From Paraspadella gotoi (lineage: Eukaryota > Animalia > Chaetognatha): a stretch of 63,874 bases of DNA. Both the position numbers and the translations under genes were made by a program. This document shows, piece by piece, positions 42,229-54,945 of the stretch. The stretch is taken from the NCBI GenBank assembly GCA_051294375.1, contig CM119266.1:11943180-12007053 (forward strand). Direction: 5' to 3'. The notes below the pieces were generated by a model. It was not told the DNA's origin, made no database searches, and worked only from the letters and a program-made list of their open reading frames with translations. How positions within the stretch are numbered: the first letter of the stretch is position 1; every line of letters begins with the position of its first letter.

Positions 42229-42300
42229 AGCAGCGTGGCGCAGTGGGAGCGTGCTGGGCCCATAACCCAGAGGTCGATGGATCGAAACCATCCGCTGCTA
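42229..42300 (+). tRNA. Initiator tRNA-Met (CAT)
   Basis: Identical to the 35102 copy; oligo-T terminator downstream. Confidence 0.97.
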
Positions 42301-43292
42301 CATTTTTTTTTCATTACTATTAGCTCAAGTATAAAGAAAATTCAGATTGCGAGATAATTTAAACGTATGAAATTAATATAACTAATATACTACGTATGTA
42401 ATTGTAACAATGACTGAAAATTTTTCAATTTATGGAATTCATTCAATAAACAACTGTAGTAAAGTTCTAAAATTTATTAGAGCATCATGTAACAGGAATA
42501 TGTAATTGTAAACATTACATCAGCCCTTACTTTGGTTAAAACCTATTAAGCGGTCTTTTCTCAAATCCTCAGCAAAGAAGAGAAAGCCTGTTCATTTGTT
42601 TCTGCCACAGAGAACCACTTTGACTCTAGACACAACGGCTCGAAAATTTAAAATCAGAATCACCCGACAACAAGGTTGATCACGATCAAAGGGTTTTCTT
42701 TCAATCACAATCGCAATAAAACCAACGTAAATTAAATATTATTTGCAGTAGGTAGAAATCTCTGATCTCAAAAGCAAATGTTTTTTTCAATTTACCTGTT
42801 TTTGTGGGTTAAAATTGTTCAATAACCATCTTTCTTTAACCACGTGATCAGTTGGAATTTTGTCGTCTCTTATTCAAGTTTTTTTTAATGTTTTTACCGA
42901 CGATAAAACTTTTTTTGAATGTTATTTCATATTTTGAAAGAGAAAACAAAGTTTGATTTTGTTTACAAACAACGAAGTTTATTGCTTTAAATGGACATGT
43001 TTCGACTCTTTTTCGAGTCTTCATCAGCGCAATGTGACTATATTTCATATTTATATTCATAGTTTAATTCCTATATTTTCCCTCTTTTTTTATTTTCTCC
43101 TCTCAACTCTTTTCTTTCTTTCTTTCATCTTTGCTCCTTTTCCTTTTCAAACGTTGAGACTCTAAGAGGCCACAATGGCCAGTTGGCAACATAAAGCCGA
43201 AAGAGACAATCTTCCTCTTCTCTCTTCGGTCAAATTTTCTTCCTTTTGTCCAAATCTAAAATTCCGAGGATCGATCTCTCCTGTCTCTCACG

Positions 43293-43310
43293 ATCACGTG
43301 ATATGAGTCA
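43293..43310. promoter_or_regulatory. Candidate E-box (ATCACGTGAT) plus AP-1 site (TGAGTCA) ~260 bp upstream of the pseudokinase-KEN-TFIIS gene
   Basis: Consensus matches and position only; function inferred. Confidence 0.35.
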
Positions 43311-43568
43311 CGGCCTCTCTGCCTCTCACCGTCGCATCTCAGTTCTATCTCATTCACGGGCTTCAATTCTTTGTTCACTCATTCGTGATTTTTGACTCTT
43401 CGTAAATATTTCAGCTTTCAATTAAACTACCTCAAAATACAACGACTTTTAATCTCAAAAACTTCAGAGCTCTAATTAATCTCAAAATCTCAAACATAAT
43501 ACAATACACAAATTCTCCAAGTCTCAAAATTACCTATTAATAACCTATTTTCGTAATCATAAACGAAC

Positions 43569-46500
43569 ATGTTGGTGGTCTCCTCCGATCCCCTGCCTTC
43601 CAAATCCCCCGCCAAGACCTTCATCGGCGAGCTCCACCTTCTTGGGACGGAGATCGACGTGGCCGTCCTTCGGCTTCGGGCAAAATCTCGTCCACGACTC
43701 AAACGTCTGATCGAGGGGGTCCGCCTGACGCTTCGAGGCCTGCAGCACGACAATGTCGTCAAGCCCCTGGTCGTGGAAGAAGATGAACAGCGACTCGAAG
43801 TCCGCGTGGCTACCCCGCTCGCGGTAGCGTCTTTGGAGGAGCTACTGGACCGGTTGGAAGGTTCGTGGAGCGAAGGGGAAGAAGACGACCCTTTAAAGGA
43901 GTTGGGTATCGAGTGGAACGAAGATGTAGCTAAGGATGTCGCCGTCCAGATACTTCACGGGTTGACACATCTCCATCGGAACTTCGCGGAGAAAGCTGAC
44001 GACAGAATCCGGTAAAGAAATTTCATTTTCTAAAATTTTCGTTGGAAACAAAAATACTATGTACCTGCGTAATTTGTTCGTTTCTGTATAATATTTTTAA
44101 AACTAAAATTTTTCTTAAAATTGAATATTTTCAACAAAATACTAGTTTCTTTATAATTTTAATTGCATGTTTTAATTTCATTTATTAGTTTCTTCTCCAA
44201 CGTCAAACCCTCCAACGTCCTCCTCTTCTCGAAAGGCGGTCGCGGGGGCGTCGACGTCAAGTTGAGCGATTTCCGGTGCCACGCGGTGCGAAAGAGCCGC
44301 TCCCTCGGCACCGACGCAGTCGACGAGCGCTTTCGAGTCGCTTCGGCGCCTGAGTGCAATTCTTGGACAAGCGAAGACTCGTTTGACCAGTGGAGCATCG
44401 CCGATGCAGAAGTTCACGCCGCAGGTTGGTCCAGAAATGTATAATTATCTCTGGATCATTTGAATTATCATAGCGCAATAGATAACTTTTAAATTTAACA
44501 CTCGCTTACTAACAACTTGTTTTTGTCAACCCTTTACATTCATAGTACATTAATTTTTAACAATCTACTTATTTCCCTCTTTTTTTCCCCGACAACAACA
44601 ACAACAAACCTCCAGGCTCTCTGCTCCTCCGTCTCTTCGCCACTCTCCCCACTTCTCTCCCCGCCGATCTCTCCTCCCTTCTCTCCTCGATGACCACGCC
44701 CATCCCCGCCGACCGCCCTGCCCTCCCCGCCGTCTCCGTCGACCCCGCTCTCTGGACGCCCGCCGTGAATGAAGCGGCGCTCGGGGACTTTTTCTCCGCC
44801 GTCGATTTTCGCCGCAAGGGTCTGAAGGAGCGACTCCGCGCGACGGCGGCGCCCTTCGAGGGTCTTTGGACCGACGAACGTTACGGCGTCGACGCCCGGC
44901 TGATGGAGGAACTGCGCAAGCGCCGCAAGGGCGGCTACGCCGCCGACGATCTGTTGGGACTGGTGGAGTTTGCTGTCGATCTCGGAAAGTTGGCGGCGCG
45001 ACCAACCAAGGCGTTTGCGCCGTTGATAGAGGCGGCGATGGGTGGAGCGACTGTGGCTGAATACTTGGCGAAGAGATTCCCCAAGATGGCGGCCGTGTGT
45101 TTGGAGGTAGGAGCGGAGATGCTGCAGCTAAAAGAATATTTGATGGAACCGATCGAACGGCGAAAGATTCCGAAGAGGGAGGCCGAGAAGGAAGAAGAGG
45201 ATGACGAAGACGACGAAGCAGCGTCAACCGATGTTGTCCAACAGCAGCCTCTCGCCGCAGCCGAACCAGCGGCGCCGATAATCGAATTCACCGGATTTCG
45301 ATCTGAAACAACGAGATGTCACTCGGACGAGGATCAAGATTCGCCTTCGCCGACAAAGTCTACCGATGACGAGGAAGACGTTCGTCCCACGACCAACGCC
45401 GCGGCGTCTTCGGCCACGTCGGCGTCGTCGGTTCCAACTTCCTCACCGGCCGACGCTGTGGATGAACTGGCGGCCATGATGATGGGCGGCGCCGGTTCCA
45501 TCTTCGGTTCCCCGGCGCCGAAATCATCGTCTGGACCTGCAATTGAGGCCACGTCGTCCTCAGCAGACTCTCTAGACGACCTCGTCGCTGGATTTGGCTC
45601 CCTCGGCGCCACTAGCGCCGCCACACCTAACGTCAATGGCAAGTCCTCTGTTGAGTTGGACATCTTGACGGACCTAATGTCCGGCGTTGATGTTGCCGGA
45701 TATCCCGGTGTCGAGGAATCCACGCCGCCTCTCGATCTCCAATCGTTGAGCGAAGCGTTGCCGACCATCGAAGCTTCGACGAAAGATTCGAAACAAAGAA
45801 TCGTGAAGTTGAAGGACGAGTTGGAGAGTTCCGAAATGGAGGTTGTCCGCGGGGCGTTGGAGGCGTTGAGCGAAGTGGAGATGACGCTGCATCTGCTGCA
45901 AGAGACGAAGATCGGGATGATCGTCAAGGAATTGAAAAAAAATAGTCAGGGTGAGAATGAAAATTTTAATATTATCGTTTTAGTAATATTTTATCTTAAG
46001 CCGTACTTAGTTAACTTTGATAAGTATTAAATTTTGTTTGAACCAATATTACCAATTTACCATTATCACTAACACATTGCTTTTACTTTTTCTTTTCTCA
46101 ATTTGATTTAATCTAAATTTCTTTTTTTTTATCTCATCTCATTTTTCTCTGCGCAGAGGATGACGTCAAGAGACTCAGTTCGATTCTCGTTTCTCAGTGG
46201 AAAACTCTTTTGCCTGACGTCAAAGGAAAAGAAAACCTCGTCAAAACTCCGCCCAAAAAGTAAGTAACCTTTTTGGACCTACTTCGGAGTAGAAGCGAAT
46301 GAGTTATAAGTACACGTACCTTAAATTTATTAGCTTGCATTTTGGAGATTAAATATACATATAACCCTCCACTAAAACAATGACAATAACAAGAACAACA
46401 ACAAATAAAACAATAAAACCGTCTAGTCTAGTGTCTGTTTTAGTTCGTCTTTTCCTCTTGTAAAGTGTTCCTCATGTAACATGAAATCCATAACCAATTG

Positions 46501-47022
46501 TTTATTAACCAATCACCAATCAAGGCGACCCGGTTACAAATTGGCTTCGGAGACTTCCACCTCTGACGATCTTCGCCTCAAGAGTCGGAAGATGATTCTC
46601 GACGCGGTGTTTGAGAGGACGGGAGAGACGCCCTCGACGAGAGTGGCCAAGAACATCGCGGCCAGAGTGGAAGAGGCCGTGTTTCAGGTGAGGGCAATCC
46701 TTTTATATATATTTTCTTTCGTTCTTTCGTAACCTAGCAACGATCATCCCTCCTCCACCTTTCCCAGGCCAACAAGGGCGACACCGGCCACAAGTACCGC
46801 GCCACCATCCGGTCCCGAGTCTTCAACCTGCGCGATCCGAAGAACCCTGAACTGGGCGATGACGTAGTGGGCGGGGCCATCCTCGCCGAAGAGTTCGCCG
46901 CTATGACGGCCGACGAAATGGCCTCCAAAGACATGAGGCGCTTGAGGGAAGATTTGTGGCAACAGGCCAATAGGGAGAGGGTTCTCAAGTCGCCCAGGCA
47001 GTTGTTTTTGACCAGGTGGTGA
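43569..47022 (+). CDS. 844-aa fusion: IRE1/RNase L-like pseudokinase + degenerate KEN domain + acidic/Ser linker + TFIIS N-terminal domain + TFIIS central domain; exons 43569-44011, 44189-44424, 44616-45950, 46157-46259, 46525-46687, 46768-47022
   Basis: Five GT-AG introns with matching phases; 2535 nt open to TGA. Kinase remnants VAVL, HDNVV, QILHGLTHLH, NVKPSNVLL, VKLSDF, APE. KEN-like DPALW...LWTD..VDARLMEEL..Y...EYLAKRFPKM. TFIIS-N LQETKIGMIVKELKK...LVSQWKTLL. TFIIS-M KYRATIRSRVFNLRDPKNPEL...MTADEMASKDM. Confidence 0.85.
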
Positions 47023-47292
47023 ACGAAGGGGAATCGATGTACTGGTGGGCTGTTTTTTTTTTTTAATATATTGTTTTAGTTTTGTTTTCATTTTCATTTT
47101 TCTTTTTTTCTCCAGTTTATAAACTTGTCAATTTTATTATTTGCAATTTTCTTATTGCACCTTTCGATTGTTGAAGCTCTGATTGTTGCTAGTCTAATCA
47201 ATCAAATATAATTTTAATCAAAATTTTCAGAATTCTGTTATTTAAATTAATATAAAAGTGGTGCACCTCAATTGAATTTAAGCTTCAAAATG

Positions 47293-50200
47293 CTAGTCTA
47301 AACAATTTCCGTTCTCTTTGGTGGACGGGAAAAGGACCGCGGATTGCACCAGACCAGGTTTCACCGGAAGATTGTGACCGCAGAACTGAATCTCCTGAAA
47401 CAGAAAGAGATGCCGTGACCCCTCTGCGGCGACGTTGATTTTGGTCGTTCAGTATTGTACTGACCTTTGCCACGTCCGTTTTGACGAAGACCGAATTGAT
47501 ATAAAGCTTTGGTTTTCTAAAAGCGGGCCAGGAACTTGGGTCCGTTATTTTCCTTGGAAGTTGATAGAAAACTTTAAATATTTTAGTGTCCCAGGGAAAT
47601 GATCAATCGTAGACAGAGAAGAAACGTTATACTGTGGCGAATCCTAAATTCACCTCCCGTTCCCCCTCTGATCAATGGGATTTGTTAAATAAGGTGGACT
47701 TGAGGCGGTGTGAATATACCGCCACACATCTGCTTTTCTCTACTACTTATTTAAGATTCTTGTACGTATAATAGCGATCACTCCCTAGAGATACATTTTA
47801 ATTAAAATTCAAATCCGCCACATTTTTACCATTTATACTCCCACCACAACTGGACGTTGGTCGGCGTCCCCGCCTTCACCGTCGACGTCTTCAAATATCT
47901 AAAGGGCCTGCCGGGCGTCAGCGTCTGCTCCGCCGCCGACAGCGTCATGTCGCCCGTGGAGGAGGCGTCCCCCACGACTTCCGCGTGGAGGAGTCCCTGT
48001 TGCGGAAGACCGAGTCCAGAGCTGAGGCCGACTTCAACAACGTAATTGTGGCGACACCTGTGTTATAACGTTAAAGATTATCAGATTCATCTTGAGACCA
48101 TCATTACTTTTATTCCCTTTTGATTGACTTCAATTACATGTCATTGAAAGAGAACAAAGTTACATTATCTATTGTGCGAAATCCATAGGAACAAATAATT
48201 AGTATAATAATAATAGAGAGCAGTATATAGTACAAGTTTAAAATCTTGCTTGTGTTACCCACCCAACTTTGCCCAACTGCCTATGCTGACCGAAGAGGTC
48301 GAATTGGCTTGCATTTTATTAAAACAGATATAGCAATTTGATTCAAGACTTAATCGCACAAAGTTCCTAATTTTTGGGTATTTAAAATAAATTTAAAATT
48401 AAAAATAAGAATCATAAAATTCTACTGCAATATGCAAATTTTTAAAAAAAGTGGACAGAATGAGATCATCTTATAATATTATTAACGAACCCACCTCGGC
48501 TTCTCAGCTCCAGTGGAGAGGTACATTTTGACGTTTTCCTCTCCCTCTTTGAGTTTATCTTTGAACCGATCGGCTTGGTGACCCATGGTAGCGCATTTGG
48601 ACCCGTCCTCGGCGCAGTTGAGGCAGAGGCCCAAGAGGAATGCGTCGTAGCTAGGGCATCTGCGCTTTGAGAGGAAAATCGACGAGACGAATTGGTGGTT
48701 ATCCAACAAGCCGACGCGAAAATGTTTTTTATGATTTTTTATATCGCAATATAATGATCGTTAAGACTAAGACATCCCAATCTTCGTATTTCTCACCTAT
48801 ACCCATAAAAGGGACAGGCGGAGTTGATAGATTCAGTGTAGAGATAAATGGATCGCATGTGAGAACACGCCACGACGTCAAAGACGCTCCCTCCTGTTCG
48901 TTATCATCATTCTTATCAATCTTATTATCATCGGTAAGGTAAGGTAAGTTCGAACCGCCGTTTATGATTCCGCCGTTGATGACCTTATCCACTAGCGACT
49001 TATCACATCCGGGTTGCTTCATCCCGTTGTTGGGATAAAAGTCGACGTGACCGACGGGATCGTTCATCCCTAAACCTGGAGAGTCGTGAAAACGAGGGCC
49101 AATGAGAAAAAGGTTTTAGGTTTCGTAGAACAAGATGGAATTGTTAAAATTCAATTCATAAAATCAAAAATAATTAGTTCATTTAAAAAAAATTTAAAAA
49201 TCCTGGAATTGTAAACAATTAAATAATAATTTATTATTGAATTGATAAATATCAAATAACCTTTATCCGGCGCCGTGATGGCGCCACCGATATCGTAAAA
49301 ACTCGCGGCGTCGGAGTGAATGACGTCGACGAAATCGGCGTCGGTTGGATCGAGCCTCACCTGAGCCCCGTAGCCCTGAAAGTAAGGCTCCGCGGGATCC
49401 AAACCTTTTTATTTGGTGGAAGTAAGTAAGGCTTCGTTGAAATTACATTCGTGGTCGATTTGGACTTTGATTTATTTCTCCGAATCTCACCCGTGATTCT
49501 GCCCAGATTTTTGATCCTTTCTCCCGCGTAGCCCGCGATGTGAGACCCCAGCGAATGGCCGAGGATGTGAAAGTCCTATTAGAGGGAAAACGGCATCACG
49601 TGACTTATAGAAAAATAAGTTGAAATAAAACTCGCGCTGATTGTAACTCCGTTGGCACGCGGTAGGAGAGATTTCATTCAATCAGGCGTGAATTTGGAAA
49701 TCAACGCCAAGAAAAGAAACTTCTTTCTCCCCTTTTTTTTTTTAATTTTACATGTTTTTTTCCATCTTGTTTTAAAAAAAGTTTCTAACTTTTGGCTCGG
49801 CGTTCGTCCATTCGCAAATTCGTTGGACGAGCAACGCGATTTCCGCTCCGATGAGACGCGTATTTGCCGACGCCTTGCGGAGAGGGAAGGAGTAGGGCCG
49901 TAGGGAATATATATATGGGGTTGAAAGTGCTAGGGCTGCGAAGCGTTAATTAGAAAATTATTTTTAAAAAAGTGTAAAAAAAGTTATAAAATATGAAATA
50001 AAATAGGAAAAATATTTATGTCAATTGACTTGAGCGTATGGAATCCTCGCGCCGATGTTCCAGTCCACGCGAATCACGTTGTAGTCGTCTTTGATGAGAA
50101 AAGCCTTCGCCATGTCGACCAACCATTTGTCGCCCCCGAAATCCATGAACCTGACAAGAAGTTTTATTAGTGTTTATATCAATTCAGATGTATAATATTG

Positions 50201-50638
50201 ACTTACGGTTCGTAAACCCAACGCATTGTCACAATGCCAATTTCAATGCACATTACGCCAATTACCCGTGCACAATGATCTTGGTTGGTCGCTGCGGGTC
50301 AAAGTGAGAATGAACTATGGAAAACTTTGAAGTGTACTGGAGAAGATCTTCAGAGGAAGGCGCAGAGTTTTCCCTGATAACAAATAGAAATAGTTTTTCG
50401 TGCGAAGCTTGTGACATTTTTTAAAAATATGATTTAATCTTTACCGAGTGTTGAGCAGAAAACGCGTCCTCAACTTCTCCGGAGACAATGGTAGAAACTG
50501 GACGGGCCGATCGACGAAATCGCCCGTGATGCCGAAGCAGCCCAGGTCGCCGAAGCATCTTTCCAATGTTCCGATCCACAGAGACTCCCCGCCGAAACAA
50601 AAGAGCAACGATATTAAAAAGACGGAAAAACCAACCAT
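47293..50638 (-). CDS. Pancreatic triacylglycerol lipase-related protein with C-terminal PLAT-like domain; exons 50638-50445, 50373-50266, 50150-50030, 49873-49790, 49575-49491, 49404-49261, 49075-48956, 48893-48797, 48659-48495, 48057-~47830, then two exons ending at 47293
   Basis: Signal peptide, [23 protein letters not shown], nucleophile [17 protein letters not shown] (catalytic Asp), [39 protein letters not shown] (catalytic His). One junction near 47830/47555 needs a 1-nt correction. Confidence 0.93.
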
Positions 50639-51068
50639 GATGATCACGATTGACTATTTAACTAAATTTCCAAAGCCGAGTGACTTTTGTCCCACGTTTG
50701 ATTTTGTGTGGTTCGTTTTTTGGCGTCAGAGAAAAAACGACTCGACTTTTTGATTCAGGGATCTTTCATGGGAAAGCATCATCTGCAAACTTTGTTATTA
50801 AGACTGGAAGTCTCCTGAAATCTAATTAACTGAGTATTAAGGCGGGCCAAAATTGAACACTTTTTATAACTTCTAATTCTCTCAAAAAATGATAAAAAAT
50901 AAAAATAAAAAATAAAATAAAAAATGAAAAAATGATATATTACTGATTACCGCTAAAAAACTAATATGCATTGTTACTTATACTAATAACTCTTTTCTTT
51001 TTTAGCGTCTAAACAGTTTAACATTTAATAATATCTATAAATTGTCTTATTTAAAAAAGTGATTGAGG

Positions 51069-51088
51069 TGACGTCACATTTCACGTGA
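51069..51088. promoter_or_regulatory. Candidate CRE (TGACGTCA) plus E-box (TCACGTGA) ~430 bp upstream of the lipase ATG
   Basis: Consensus matches and position only; function inferred. Confidence 0.35.
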
Positions 51089-51359
51089 TGTCACGCTTCT
51101 GATAACGCAACCACCATCGTTGATTGGTTGGTGAATGAAGTCGTTTCATTGCAGAAGAACGTCCAACGACGAGGACAACGAACCGTCATTTCTCATCTGT
51201 CAAAATTTGTAAAAATTGCAATGAGAATTTCTGGTGGAATACGAAATTTATTGGCTCACTTTTTTATCCGGCCGCTACATATTTCTATAGAGCGGCTCAG
51301 TTTTTGTTTATCTTTGACCCAACTGTTATTTCCTGTTCTTTTTATAGAACATATTAATC

Positions 51360-51520
51360 ACAAACAAAGCGACATCGTCACGACCGTTAACCAAAACAAA
51401 AAAAATATTACTCAATGACTAACAAACTAACAAACAAACTAAACAAACTAACAAACAAAGCGACATCGTCACGACCGTTAACCAAAAAAAAAAAAAAAAT
51501 ATTACTCGATGACTAACAAA
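51360..51520. repeat. Short tandem duplication (~70 bp unit, ~91 bp spacing)
   Basis: acaaacaaagcgacatcgtcacgaccgttaaccaaaa...tattactc.atgactaacaaa occurs at 51360 and 51451. Confidence 0.9.
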
Positions 51521-51687
51521 AATGTTAAGCCGGATATTTAAAGGGCCTTCACCCAATTTCTAATTAGGAAAATAAACAAGAGAATGTAAGCAAATAGAAG
51601 CTCAAAAATGTAAAACACGACAAATATGACAAGAGTGTCGAAAAAGATCGTCACGAAAAAATCTCTGAGGATTAAGAATTCTTGCAC

Positions 51688-51767
<80 letters not shown>

Positions 51768-53905
51768 CTTCCCCATTCGTACAAAACAAAACCTTCATAG
51801 ACCCGCAAACAAAAACAAATTCAAGTCGACATTCTTACATAACATTAAGCTCGAAATTGATCGAAACTAAAACGTATTATATTCTCTTCGTTGTGTTTGT
51901 TTTGGAGTCTTAAGCCAGAGTTCCTCCCCAGAATCGGCTTTAATCCTCTTTGAGCGTCTTTGACAGGACCTCCCTCTTAACGACAACAAATCGATACATA
52001 AAGAATCAGTCCAAACAAACAAATGAATATACGATATGATGTATTCTTAGATGTTGTTATGCAATATGGCAACGTTTTCATATTGCAGTATCATTGCGTT
52101 GCCATTTTGCTGGCAGTTTCTGATTAAGGAGAAGGAAAAAGATCACTAAAAATTACAAAAGCGGAAAGATGAAAATAAAAGCAAAAATGAAAGCAAGAAA
52201 GAAAGAAAGAAAGAAAGTGAGCAAGCAAGCAATCCAGCCATCAAGCCATCAAGCCATCAAAAAGTCAAGCAAGAAAGAAAGAATAAATAAATCAATCCAC
52301 AAAAAAAAACCCGATGCTTCTCCGCCGTGACCCAATCTTCAAAGTCTTCCAGCGAAACAAGGTCATCGACACAAGCGTAATGTTTACATCAAAACTCGTC
52401 TCGTCACCGACAGAGCGCGGGAAAATATTTGGTCGGCCTCGCGGGGGCGCCGGGTGGCCGGGCGCGGCGCTGCGACGCCGCGGATTCCCCGCCGCCCAAA
52501 CTCGGCGTGACGTCGGACGAGGACCGAGAATATTTCTTTAATTTTTTTTAACGTAAATTCGTTCTCGTTGGAAAATGGGTTTTTAAACGGATCACTAATT
52601 AATGAACGGGGATCGTTACGAGGGCCGCGTAATTTGTGAGAATGTGTAATTTGTCGAGTGACTTTGCTACGGTGGAAAATTGATAAATATTTATTGGTTA
52701 ACTGGTATAAAATTTTCATATATTAATAAAATCCATCTCACAAATTAGAATAACCGCAACTTTAAAAATACGTCTTTGCAGCAGACGGCTTTTCAATTTA
52801 AAACGCAAACTGTATATATATTTGTTTAAGACTAAGTTAATTCGTCTACAAACTCTAATCAAGACTCGAAGCGCCGCCCAAGTGGAACCGTGAGACATCG
52901 GCCTGAGAAATCGTGGTTGAGAATTAAGACAGCGGACTGGTACAATGTACAAGATAATTGTGATTAATACATAATTACATTACATCATATTACACAATAC
53001 ACATTTAACACGAATGACTTCTATGAATGATAGAATGGTTGAGTCTATGTTCAAATTGAATATCAAAGGATATATTTAGGCTGAAAAAACAATCATGGCT
53101 ATTATTTCTAAACTTATTACTTTAATTGCAGGGAAAGTTACAAACCTCACAAAAATATAAATGTCCATCATTCCTCAAAGCTTCAAAATAAAAACAAAAA
53201 AAACATCGCGTTATCTTGATATCCTTCCATCATTGGTGGTAACCAGCGCCCTCTGTAAACCCGCAAGTATTTCTTCTTCCAAGCTCCGAATGAGAGGGCG
53301 ATTAAAATTCCCAACGAGGAGAATCCAATCCAAAGAAGGCCCAGATTTCAAAAGAGAGGGTTTTTTTTTTTGGGGGGGGGGTGTTCGGTGAGATTTTTCG
53401 CGAAGCCTGGCTCGTATTCCGCTGCTTTTAACATTTTATCGTTTTCCCGCCATCGGAATATTATTGTTTGCCGGGTTTTATTCCGTGAAATCCTTTTCAA
53501 TGCGTCACAGTATCGCTATATTGTTTATTAGTAATCCGGATTGGCAGGAATTTTTCAAACTGTAGTTCAAGGTTATTCACTCATGCATCATACATTAATG
53601 ATTAGAGAGTTTATAATTTCAATCATACTTATTTTAAAAGGGAATTGCTAGAAAAACTTTTATTCTCCGCATCGCTGTATTCACTTAATCATCATTTTCT
53701 AAAGCTAAACGAAACTACGTATCTCAGAAGCTCAAGATTTCGACTTTTTATTTCTTCAGATGAGATGGACCCGCGAATCGATCCCAAATTTTCTTTGCTC
53801 TTCGCCCCCATTTTTACTCCTTTCTGCCACACGACCTTGGGGTTCAATCTTCAATTAGTGAGAAAACGGTCAAATTACCAGGAAAACGAACTTAAGATCG
53901 ATTTA

Positions 53906-53952
<47 letters not shown>

Positions 53953-54339
53953 CACCTGTCTCTTAAAGAAAGCCCCAGGTGAGCATTTCAGCGGCCGAGA
54001 TGAAAATATAAAGTCCTCTAAGAATCGACCGGGTTTTGATTCGATTATGCAGGTATATTCTCACCTTGACCTCATTCTTTACTTACCTCTCAAAATTCCC
54101 CCGCTCCCCCGAATCCCTATGCCTTGCCCCTCCGCGATTTTTTCTCACTGACTCACGATTGTGAAGCTCAAAGAGCAAAAAAAAAAAAAAGCTCCGGTTG
54201 AGTTTCTCTCTTCTTTTCATCTTCGAAACCCGAACGAGATTTGATTTGCCGAAAGATTTCTGCGAGAAAATGGATATGGGGCGAAAATGGGGTGAAAATG
54301 AAGGGATGAGGAGAGGGGAGGCGGCACGCACCTGGGTAG

Positions 54340-54945
54340 TAAGGCGTAGTGAAAGTTACATACGAAAATTCTAAAAGTCAATTATGAACAACATACCATC
54401 AGTGAACATTAATTTGTAAAAAAAATAATTTTATGTTTTTATTTTTGCAGTAGGCTATATTTATATATAGTACTATCCTTATAAAATCGAAAATTTCAAA
54501 ATAGGTTTTTCTTAATTTTGATTGCAGATTTGAATTCCTCGTCAAAAGTTGATTAAAGAAAATATAAATCATTTTTTAAAATTCTTTCATTAAGTGAGTT
54601 AAAAATTAAAAAAACTATATTTAATAATATAAAATTAATTTTCAGCTTAAAATATATCTTTTTTTAATTTTTGACCACTTAATGAAGGAATTTTTCAAAA
54701 AGAGTTATATTTCTTTTTGTCAACTTTTTATGACAAATCCGAATCTGCAAAAAAATCTTAGAAAAAACTGTTTTGAAATTTTAACATTTATTGGTTTAGT
54801 ACTAGTATAAATATGGCCTACTGCGTAAATTGTAAAATTTATTATAAATTTTTTTATTATATAAATGTTCATTAATATAATATTGTTCGTTCCTCACTTT
54901 TAGAATTTTAATTAAAGTAAAATTTAGAAATTTTACTACGCCTTA
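54340..54945. mobile_element. Non-autonomous hAT-type DNA transposon (MITE), 606 bp
   Basis: Perfect 11-bp TIR TAAGGCGTAGT...ACTACGCCTTA; 8-bp TSD CTGGGTAG at 54332-54339 and 54946-54953; long imperfect internal inverted repeats; no transposase ORF. Confidence 0.93.

Noticed and set aside
44565-45927. Minus-strand ORFs overlapping the pseudokinase-TFIIS exon (likewise plus-strand ORFs at 37712-38859)
   Set aside because: Antisense shadows of GC-rich coding exons.
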